Source of the DNA: Tubiluchus corallicola | Taxonomy: Eukaryota; Animalia; Priapulida | Direction: 5' to 3' | DNA length: 64,000 nt | Assembly (NCBI GenBank): GCA_030141605.1 | Contig: JAQGDQ010000004.1 | Span: 496,001-560,000 of the forward strand | Part shown: positions 41,901 to 53,900 of the stretch, one piece after another | Numbering within the stretch: position 1 is the stretch's first letter | How the letters are laid out: every line of letters starts with the position of its first letter | Notes under the pieces: generated by a model | The model's database searches: none | Seen by the model: only the letters and a program-made list of their open reading frames with translations | Told to the model about the DNA's origin: nothing | Program-made: the position numbers and the translations under genes

Positions 41901-44900
41901 GGTCAAGGGAAATGAATAAATTTTGGCTCGTCCCTTTCATGATTTAACAGGGTCACAAAGACCATGCAACCTAGTATCGGTACTGATTTCTTAGACTCAG
42001 TTAGTTTCAGAAGCTGCTGAAATTAAATGCTCAGCACCCCTTTCGAAATTACTTCAGCGATGTTATTATCCCCATTAGAGGTTCCCTCTATTTACTCATT
42101 CTCAAATTAGCAAACTAAACAGCGTGAAGACTTGCTCTACTTTAGTTAATTGTTTGTTTTATCTGCTCTCAATGCTCCACTCTTGCAAATGTTACACAAT
42201 ATTGGTGTCATTGCACCTTTGAGTTGATGTTCCTGCATGCAATGTACGTGTCTTACGCCTTGTTCCAATCTGTGTTGTTTTTGTTTTGACTAAATCCTCT
42301 CTTCATGAGCAGGAGTTGTTCATTTACGACCCACGAGCCCAGCAGAGACTACTTAAAGAAACTCCAGAAGATTTTTTTAAACACCAAGACACTGCTACGA
42401 TTTTAGGACTCTGAAAGTAGATAGACTTCTATAGTCACCTTGAGCTTGTAACTTCGTAAATAGAGCCAGTAACTTCCTGCAAGATCAAGTACTTGCACTT
42501 CATCTGGCCTATAGTTTAAAATTGTTAAGGTGGTGTCGCACTTTGATGACTGACTTTTTCAATACCTGTCTTCTCATTCTATAATTATACCAAAGCGATA
42601 TAATTAGTCTTTAATGTATCTTCAGTAATACGTGGTAGTCATCCACGAACTTACCATTCAGAGGTAATACCGTGATCCAAAACGATAACTAATATTTTCT
42701 TTGTTTATCAAATGGTTTTAGAATATTTTTGCTACTCAACACTACGAAATTCCAAAGCATTTATTCCTAACAAATACACAACGAAACCACTTGTCGTGAT
42801 ATTTTGTTACTATTTATATTGTTGATTTTGAGCTTTTGTTAGCTTTCAGCATGCACGATCAGGTGGGAATGGTTCATAAGTTATCACTTGCAGGTCATCT
42901 GTATGTATTATTTTACTAGATTGATGCCCTAGGATTTGTGTCGAAAAGATAAATTTTTCAGTATTATAAAAACACTCGTTTCTCTTTAATTTGCTGATTA
43001 TTTTCTCTTCTGCATGTGCATGAATTTTAGTGCATGTTTGTGTCGGCTACTTATGATGCAAAATTACATTAAGCCGCGGTGATTGGGTGTGTTTAGGTGC
43101 ACACGGGTATAGTTAAAGTAACAAATTTCTGAATTCTCTTTTGATGATTACTAGTATAATTTATTTATTCTTTATTAGCAAATTCATTGAAAGTTAATTA
43201 GGATTCCGTTATTATTTTGTAGCGTAGTCGCTGATATTTTTAAGTGCATTTTAAATTACATGTACCCGAGTTGCAGGTTTTTAGCATAATTATTAATTCA
43301 CAAAGCTGAGCAAATCAATTATGCATTAATGATTAATTTATTAAAAGCTTGGGTGAATCATACAGCAAGTGAATTATCGTTATTGTTGTTTTGTTTGAAT
43401 ACGAAGCGCTGAAACGAAAGTTTTCATTCATGAATTCACCGATGGATTCGCCGTTTCGCCCGGTAACTCCCATTTCTACACGATTCATAATTGTTTTTCT
43501 AAGTACTAACATAAATGCTGATTTCAGAGCAGTGAACCGCACATGCAGTGGTAGAATAGGTTAGTCTGCTGTTATTCAGTGTGGGTTTCTTGGACCTGCT
43601 GTACTGAACCAGAACCATTACTACAAATTGCTCTGCAGCTATGTTTGTCCCGCAGTTGGCTTCTAATGAAATGCGGGAAATTTGTAGTGAGTGAAAAGGA
43701 ATGCGGGTTTTCAAGGAAGGGAAGCCGGGGAGGCGGAAGAACATGTTTGCTTGGTCTTGAATGTTCAGAAGTACGGACAACTGAGTGTGCCTTCAAACTG
43801 GGCTTTCAAAACTTTATCTTTTTAGCGATGTAACAGCTATATTAAACGTAGCTTACTAATTTTTCTACGGAGAAAACCCTTCGAACTAGCAATTAATGAA
43901 CTCCGATAACAGTATAACCTGGTACAAAATGAAAGTTGTAAGAACTTATCCCTCAGGTCAAATCTTAAAGCACGAATTCTTGTGACGGCCTAACTACAAC
44001 CACAGCAATTCCTTAATTTTCGGGGATGTTTAAACTAGGAATTTTTGGCATTTGCAGAAGTCGCGATTTGCGATCGCTGCACAAAAATTCGCTTTGAACA
44101 TTTGCTTACGAAACTTCACCGCTGTTATCATACCTTTACGAAAGTTTACCGGCATCAACTACATGTCACGCGGACTATGTGGCACATGCATACTCTAATG
44201 CTATCGTATGCTGTGAAGGGTTTTTAGACTTTCCAAAACCTGTCCACTTAAAAATATGCTGCAGCACACAGTCGCAACTTAGGCATTCATCATGTATTTA
44301 AGTTTCAGTGATTGAATTGTCTATAAAACCTGTCCGGGAATCCATACTTGGGTACCATTCATCGTAATAGCAATGTTCCGTTTCTATGCTAAAACGGAAA
44401 TTAATGGGGTTGCATATTTCATAGCTACGCTTGAATCTGTGCATGCGCTTTCCAGTTTCTTTTAAAACAAAAAATTATTGATAAAAAATGCTTCTTGATC
44501 AATTATATTTAAAAATTTATATAAAATTGGTGATTGTTTACTAACGAATTAAGCAGGCTAAAACGAGCATTTCCAAAGTTGCTTAATATGAATTTAATCT
44601 TCAAACTGAGAAGATAAGGATGAATGCTCGTCTGTGTGCGTTGCTCATTAGGCTTATTTGTTTCTGTATTTTCGAAGTTTTAATAGGACATTCTGCGACA
44701 CTATCATGATTGTCATCCTAATGTGCATACATAATAATCGAGAATGCAGTATTCGTGGTTTATTTATTGTATTGCATGCAAACGAATTGAATGCATGGAG
44801 CAAATATATGTAATAATCCCTTGCTGTATAATTACAGTTATTCCCTGACAGTGTTACGTGTCATTCTATACTGAATCTGCGTAATTAATTATACAAGCCA

Positions 44901-47900
44901 ATATAGCTGAAGTGTCTCATTATCAATACACGTATTCATCTGACTAAGAGGGTTCATATGTTCACTTGCTGTAAATGGGACAGGTGTTATTATATGCAAA
45001 CGTCTTCATGTACTATTGAATTACAAGTATGAACTAACCTTTATTCGAATGTGAAGGCAATGTTGGTAGTGGCATGCTGGAGAACAGGATTTGATGTTCA
45101 AAGCTATCCACCTTTTTTTAAGACAATATCCTAACACTTTGAGGAAATTATCCAAGTTCAACATTGATCGCTGTTGCAAATTGTTATTGAAATGTAGCGC
45201 TCGCGAAAGAAAAAGACCAACAAACAACACTTACTAACAATAACAGCAAAAAATAGTGTGATCCAAATAAATTACATTGGCGGTCTTTTTGAATTTAAAA
45301 ACACAATGAAACTTTTTTCCTCAAAGTGGATTTCAGGGAATTGTGATTTTTATATTCTGGTCGATTTTCTACGTGTCTGTGTAAAAATTTAATTTCACAT
45401 TATTTTTGTCTGGGTCATACATTTTTTGGCTAATTTGACTACATGACTATTTGTGCCGTAGTTCAGAATAGAGCGGGATATGAAAGATCGTCTTGTTTTC
45501 CTTTAAATTAAAGTCTAAAATCACTTTGTACATTTGCCCAATCTGCACTGCCAAATTTGGTGAAACAGAGAAAGCAATTGTAAGCACTTTTATAAAAGAT
45601 AAAAAATATCTATTGGAGCTCGTAGAGATTTTCGAGGTATTTTCAGGAAGTTGCGCTTTCTCGATATTATTTATGCCATTTCGGAGATTTTCAGGCTTTT
45701 TTTGTTCGCGTTTGTTCAACAGTGTAGCTCTTGATCTTTTGATGTTTTACATATTATTTGCCTGGCAAAGCAAAGATTTGCGCTTGAAGCCAAGTGTCTG
45801 GCAGTGGGTAAACATTTTTCCAGTCCAAAATTGATTCAGTTTGTCGACATTTGATGATTTAGCCGAACAAAGAAGTTTTCTGAAAACTTACAGCCACTCC
45901 TGGAATTTACTCCATCTCCTTGCCTTTTCTATACGCCTTAAGGGAAGCCATGGGCGCTACAACTTAAATTCTTCTTTGTCTGCCTGCTTGTTTTGAAGTG
46001 CTTCAGTGCAGGCGGCTTTCATTTGACTCTTCTACACAAGTTTCGATGTCAGAAAACCCGTGAATTTCGGTTACCGAATAAAGCGTGTACATGATAAGGA
46101 TATTCTGTTAGTATCGCAAAAATGTTTGAAAAACTAACAAAAGCTTTTGACACGGTGTAACCGTGCTGTCCATATTGTATTATATTGCGGTACTTTCGCA
46201 TATTTTAAACTTTTCAAGCAGTTGTCCTACGATTATATACCCTTAGCCTTTGTTTCTTTGTTGTCAATTGATTGACTTCCAGTGGCAATCCATGATAAGT
46301 AATTGCATAGGAAATTTATTTTTAATATCAGTTTAAACTGTAGTCGGGTATTGCAATTTGTTGTAGAAACAACTTGTAACTTTTTAAGATGCATACTTCT
46401 CTAATCTACTCAAACTAACTATATAGACTAGTCTTTAGTCTGACTAGACTAATTACTACATTGCACCCAAGTGCTCTCTCCTCCTTGAGGCTCCCTCTCT
46501 CCCTTCCCTCTTCTCTCTTCCACCTGAAATTCTCAAACCTAGTCTGACTAGACTTATTTTATTGCAGCCAAGTACTCTCTCTCTTTCCTCCGTAAAATCC
46601 TCAAACTTCTTCTTTGCTGGTTCCCCCCCCCCCATGTACTTCTAGCTTCTCTAATCGCTCCTAAGGTGACGATGTAGAATATTTGCGGTCTTCCATTTGT
46701 GAAAACTACAATTAGAATTCTGGTGATAATTATGAGTATTTAATTTGAGAAAACCTGTAATTTACTGATTAACTGCGCCGCACTTTTCACGTTTACATCC
46801 TGGCCCATTGACTGTAATTGCTACAGCCAACAATGTTCAAGGTTATAAATGCTTTCTGGTGTTTATTTCTGATTTTGTGCTGTATTTTGCTGCATTTGAA
46901 AATATGTTTATGAACATTTTTTACTCAATACATAAAATTAAATAATAAAAGTCTCTATGTTTAACAATACTTTTTTTATTATTTTATGTGTGCTTTGTAG
47001 TGAATTGCTGTTTCGTTTTTAGGAACTGAATGAAGATCCAGAATTGATGTCTCCAGTTGCAAGGAAAAAGGCGAATCCTCCTCTGAACACAATGTCTTCG
47101 TACAGGCATTCACAAAGCACTGATGGTAAGCTCCCTTTGCTGATATTTGTCGTGTAACAGTTCTAAACCGAGATCTAAACATTTGGTAACTGAAACAAAT
47201 CACTACACATGTTTGGAAATAAAAGTGAGTGCTCTCATAAGGTGCAGTAAAGGCAACAAAACTACAGCAGTCAATCCAAATCACAATAAGGCAAATGAAA
47301 AGAATTTGTGGTATGAGTTTATTGTTGTTATTGCCCTGCGTTTGCAGACATTTCAAAATTCAAATACTCCTTTAAAAATATAGTTGTATTAATTGATTTT
47401 GACAAGAAAGAAAGAAGAATAATTAGTATCTTTAGAAAGAAAGAAGAATAATTAGTATCTTTATCAGTTATGTTATATTGATGTAAGTCATGGATTTTTT
47501 AAATACACTTCATAGTTGTCAACTTATTGCTTCTTCACATAACATAATCATCATAGCTTTTAACTATCTGTTACTTTATGATTAAATGTTTATTAAAGAT
47601 CGCCAGTGCTTGCCAAGTACAAAATTAATCCTGTTTCCTTTGCTGATAAATTTTCAATAGTTGGTTTTAAGATGAAAGTATTTTTGTGTAATTATTCTGT
47701 CTGAAAGAAACAAAATACCATGTTATACTAAACCTGAAGCATGGAAAGACTACATTCCACTTTTGTAATTGATGTAAACGGCTACTATCATCAAACATCA
47801 ATAAACCTTCCATTTGTCTTCATAAATAAATGCACACAGCCTAAATGTTTTATAGATTGAACACTTAGCGCGTTGTCACGGCCTAAATCTTTAGCCTGAC

Positions 47901-50900
47901 AAACGATACACTTGCAGTGACACTTTAGATAAACGTGGTTAAGAAATCAGAACAGAGGAAAAAGGTGTGCAGAGTTCAAATAACAAGATAAGCATTTTTG
48001 GTGTGTACTATGTGTGCCTCTGTATTAAAGATGCCATTCATATTGCACTTGTTACCTACAATACTTTGTATCTATATGTTAATTGTATCTATTATTCTGT
48101 ATAATATTACATACATATGTACTTCGTATGTTATTTTGTTGACTAATTTTCTTTTTTATATCAGGATCTAGAATTACCATTCTCCCCATACGAGTCCCTT
48201 TTCCAGTGTGATCTTCAAGATTTCTCATTTCGGATTATATTTAACATATGTGAATAATAAAGTCTTTTGCAAACTGTGTAAATATTTGAACAATATTTTG
48301 TGTAATTACAGATTCAGAGTCAGTGGACTTGGATGCCCTGCTAGGAGAATTATGTATGCTGGAGAATGCTCTGTCAAGAAATAGTATCCTAGACCTTTCT
48401 AACTTGAGTGAATCACCTTCAAAACCCAAATCTCCTAGCAAAAAATCTGAGAATTCGGCACAGGAACCAAACAACATTGGTGCTAAAACAAATGAACATC
48501 TCTCCAGCGAGTTGAAGCATGATGTTGATGCGGATGTGAGTGGCGAAATCGTGGAAGATGTTCCGGACAATGATTCCGCATTCTGTGATTATGAATCTCT
48601 CCCATCGTCGGAATCATGCACCTCAACGACGACGCGGACTGACTTGATTGTTAGTCAGGAGCAGAGTGACATTGCAAGTGTCATCAGTTCTGGTATAGAT
48701 GGCACTATTACAACTACAACAGTGACCACGTCCAGCGATGTTGGTGAGGAACACCTAGTGTTATCTGAGGTTAGTACTGTTTAAACAACAATGTGCACGT
48801 GCAAAGCATAATGCATGATGGCTAAGTCATTTCTGTACATTGAAGTTTTTCACAACTTGTGTTTACCAAATTTGTGTTATAGCATGAACTTTTATGCATT
48901 GCTTAATATATTTATGTGTTATTAATTTGTATACCACGCAGGCAGCAGCAAGTTTTTCTCCTTACTTTATGAAAGTAATAAATTGCGGTAAATTACTGTC
49001 TATTCTTAAATTTTTGCCGACTGATACTTGTGTTGCACTTCATTGTCAGTTTTTCAGTTTCTCTTTTTCACAAATAATTCAAGCTTTGTAAGGCAAGAAT
49101 TGTGCCCACATTAAAATGCTTCAATCTCAAATTGCAAAAACTTGTTGCTTTTAGTTTGTTCATTGACCCTACTTTATTTATTTGCACGTTGTTTTTGTTT
49201 GTTTGTTATGTGGCATGTTGTATGTACAGTTGGTGCATGAAGAATGTACAAGGCAGCTAGACCTACTTGGTAAACTGAGAGCTTTAGAAGAAGAATTGGC
49301 TGGAAAAGCACATCTTACTCCTGTAAGTTTATTTAATGCGAAGCCATTTGAATAATTTCTGAGCATTTTCATATTTCCTTCTTTTACTGTAATTGAATTG
49401 TTGCTGTTTTTTAAAATTCTTGGTATCAAGCACCTATATGTAATTTGGTGTTGTGTTAAAACATACTTAATCTGTACTTTGTTGACTAATGAAGGAAAGG
49501 ATGTCAATTAGGTTTTTACTTAAGAGTTGAAGCTGTTTACTTACATGTTGATCAACGTGTAGCCTTTACACACAACTAACAACTAAGGGAAGAATTATAC
49601 ATGAGTTTTGCCAAATTCACAAGTCCTATCAAATTGTTTTGTTGTAACAACTAGTTAGTTCACACTATTTTGCCATATAATTGCTCACCAAATGCTACAT
49701 TTTAATTTTGCATGTTTTTTGCTGATTAAGTATTGTGCCCTTTTTGATGCAAGTAATAATGTGAAAGGTATATTGTTTGAAATTTTAACTTCTTTTAAAT
49801 CCAGAAACCCAATGATTTAATTTCTGATTAAATCATTATAATGTGAAAGATATATATTTGAAATCTTGACTTATTTTGAATCCAGGTACCCAATGATTTA
49901 ATTTCTGATTAGTACACATTTTGATTGCGCCAAATGCTTACATAGTGTTATTCCTTAATTATTGCAGGAAGATGAGCAAAAGAAAATCAAAGCCGCAAAA
50001 ATACGCCTTGCACTTGAAAAAATAAAAGAAGCAAACTTTAGAAAGGTTTGTCTGCACATAATCATGTTCTTATGCCATGGAATAATTTAATCCATTTAAT
50101 TAAAGAAGTTCTGTAAAAAACATTTGTGATGTATTTCATGTTCGGATATTTTTATATCGTAACGTAACTACACTCATTACATCCCTGTAAAACAACCATT
50201 CCCTGGTAACACAGTAACAGAAATTTGTCAGCACCATTTGTAAGGCAATTGTAAAATGTGCTGTCAAACTTTTTTATTGTGGCTATTTTAATGAAAAGTA
50301 AATTGTGACAAGTATGATGATTTAATGTTTCAGCATCCTAACCTAAATTTGAGCTGAAATCTAGGTTTAATTTTTAAATTTTGCCAAAGCTGAATTTAGC
50401 CTTCAAAGCAGAGTAATCTCTTTAACCAAGTCAAGATTCTAACATGAAAATGTAGAGAAAGTGTAAATGTACGATGTTACAATATCTGTGTAATGATGCA
50501 TTTAGTTAATCACTGAATAAATTTTTGACAGCTTTATGTAAAAGTGTTCAGTGAAGATGGAAGCACCAAGAGTATACTGGTTGATGAGCGACAGTGTACT
50601 GGTGAAATATGTACCATTCTAGCAGACAAGCACCATTGCCAACTAAATCATCGCTGGTCAGTCATCGAAATTCTTCCTGATATGCACATGGGTAATTACT
50701 TATTCAAACAAAATTTTAATGAATTTAGTCAAACATTAATTATTTCTAATTAATTTTATTTAACTAAGATAATACAATGGCAATCATGTCATCAGTGGCA
50801 CTTTTTAGCGCATGTCTTTGCCGAACACAGTGCATTCGTCATTGTGCTAAACGTTTATGACCTGGCCAGTTATCTAGCTTGTGGTTTTCTAGATATTTAG

Positions 50901-53900
50901 TTCTTGACACTGCAATACAAAAAACAATGCTTTTAGACATACCTGTGTTAACTAGCTCAAAACTCTATTTTTTCATTAAATGGGTTTTCATCTTCAAATG
51001 AAATTATATCTTCAAATATAATTTTTTTTTTCATATGAGCATATTAAGAACTCTAAAATCAAACGAGTTATAAGTTATAAAAAAGCAGTAAAATGGTTTC
51101 TGTTAAGCAGGTGCTCCTCTGGCTACGCTATTAAATTGTGAAACTCGGTTATAAAATACTTTCACACGCTGCTTTACCCGTCTACTGTGTAAATTCACTT
51201 GTATTCATTTACACATGCACAATCATGGCCTCCGTGTGTGTGTGCATTCAGAGTTTTTGTATGATGCAGGAAGTGACTAAATTTGTAATAAATTCGGAAC
51301 TCGGATAAATAATTTATTGAAATTTGAGATGAAACCAAACATTGCCAGTATTAAATCAGCTAATTATTTCTTAACCTGTTTACAACTTCCAGTACTTTAT
51401 GGTATGCTTAGAAACATATATTCTGATCAGCAGATAAGGAAATTTATTATTTATCATTACAGAAAGGATTTATGAGGATCATCAATCAGTGGTGAAAGAG
51501 TTATCTTATTGGCCAAGAGAATCGACTAACAAGATATTATTTGCAGAAAGAAATGAAAAATATGAGTTATTCAGAAACCCTCAGGTATAATCTAATGTAA
51601 CTCCTCAAATCCTTATTAAATTTGTCTTTCTGACTTTCAGTAACTCAAGCTGCAGCCTCGTGTGCCTATTTTTCATGTAATGTTGATTGATATAGATGAC
51701 AATCTTCTTTGCTCGCTATTAAATTCTTCTATAAATAGCAATTTAAAGTGCATAAAAACATTTTGAGATATCTAGAGATGTCTAGAAAAGCTAGAAACAG
51801 GAAACAGCAAAAAAAAACTCACTGGGTTTAGTAACTATAGGGCTCCTAGAAACTGCTGCTCAGTTTTAAACCTTAAGTTCTCTGCTATTGAAGCAGAGGA
51901 TAATTTTTGCACCCCATATGAGTGCATACTAGATAAGATATAAAGGTTTACTCTGATGTCTAATTTATTTCTTCTACTCACCTTAAGAGAAAATATAAAT
52001 CTCATTGTTTCTTTTTTCTGTGTATTATATTTTTAATTTGCTGTGGAAATAAACATTGCAATTACTGTTTAATGTCAGGAGTACTTACTTGTTGCGTCGT
52101 CTTCTGAACTCGGCCATGGAATGAACGAGTCAAACAAGGAACGATTGATAGAAGAGTTCTTCTGCGAGACAGGTGTGAGGTGTCCAGAAATGGAAGGAGT
52201 CATGTATTTAAAGGTGGATGGGAAGAAAGCCTGGAAGCGACACTACTTTGTACTCAGAGCATCTGGACTTTATTATGTGCCAAAAGGAAAAACAAAGGTT
52301 AATTAAATTTCGTATACATTTTTTTAAATTAACCAAATGACAAAGCTGCCTAATAGACCTTTATTTAATTTTAGAAGACTAGTAGTTTAGAAGAATAGCC
52401 TTTCCCTGGTCGCATACTTTGAGATTTTAAAAGTCGTGCATATGTCCAGTTATATATCTAAAACTGATTCAATGTTTGGCTGTCATTTCATTTTGTGTTG
52501 CTGCAGCCTGAGAGAATTAGCTGACCGTATTTTATCTTAATTTGAATATAGAGCCTCAAAGATTTAGTTTGCCTTATCAAGTTTGACTTTGTGGAATTGT
52601 ACACAGCAATTGAATGGAAGAAAAAGTACAAAGCACCAAATGAGCTTGGATTTGCTTTGAAGGTAAGGTGATTACCCATCTTAATTTTCAACGTGTGGAC
52701 TAATGTTTCATTTTTTTATCTATTTCAAAGTTATTTATAAAATTAAAAAAAAATATTCAAGAACATTTAGACCAAATTTATGACTGCTGATGGTGAGACT
52801 GCTTGGCTTTATTCATTTTTGCAAACTGTGGCTGTGTTCACAAAACAGACTCCATAGTAACAAATTAGGCACTTAGAAAAACATGTGGTTGTGTTTGTTC
52901 GTGTTACTGAATAAATATGGTATTGTTAGTTTGTAAGTATGGCTTTGATCTGCTGTATTTTTAAATATCTCCTTTTATTTGTTGCTAAATTTGTTACCAT
53001 ACGTCAATAAAAGTGAATTACTAAAAAATTTCCTTATCAATCTTACTAACTTGACAAAGTACGTTTACGCTTATGTTTGTGCTATGGAAGGGTGTACTAT
53101 AGTCTGCAGATGCAAACCCTACTAATAAGTGCAAGATATGGCACCTTTCAGGCCGACATACAATGTTAGAAGGCTTGCTATAAATAAATACATGTACATA
53201 AAAAAGTCTTACTATTATAAAGGTTTGCATTTATTTGTAGCATCCACAAATTATGAAGCCAAGTAAACACATCAAGTATCTGTGCTGTGAGGATGAGCAG
53301 ACATATAAACAGTGGATAATGTCAATCAGAATTGTTAAGGTATGTGGTGTAAGACTGGTAGTTGTAAATGCTGTTCAACATAACCAAATTGTCCTGAATT
53401 TGAAGAACGGTAAACTAAATGAAGAAGTATTTCTTTAAATGATTTGAGTAAAAAGTCCTGAAAAGCAGTGATTGGTATGCATGTTTAGCACCTAGCTGCT
53501 TTTTAGCTTTGAATGTCTAAAATACTCAAAAAATAAAAAAGGTTGCTTTTTGATGGTCCAGTAAAACAAGACATTTCTTTTTTGCAGTTTGGTAAGCAGC
53601 TATATGATAACTGGCATCGACTGCAAAGAACAATAACATCAGATATAACATCGCAGAGTTCTGGCTCTAGCGTGTCACTTCCCACCGTGAATGGGACTGC
53701 AAAAAATATTACCCATGTTGTGGACTTCACACGGATCATGCCACAAGGAACGGACTCACAGAGCAGTCTTAGTCGAGGCACTCGAAGCTCTCACAGCAGT
53801 CTGAGTACTCGTAGTTCTGCTCGTAGTTTGGCGGACAACGTTCAATTAGAGTTGTGCTCTAAACAAGATAATTACGACGAAGTGAAGAAACGAATTTCAT

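Noticed and set aside
15814-48164. Many 60-125 aa ORFs in the large intron (e.g. 36537-36896, 45493-45834, 46979-47356, 43499-43833)
   Set aside because: Composition is typical of random AT-rich ORFs (F/L/I/K-rich), with no recognisable domain and no consistent splice-phase chain; no nested gene is supported.
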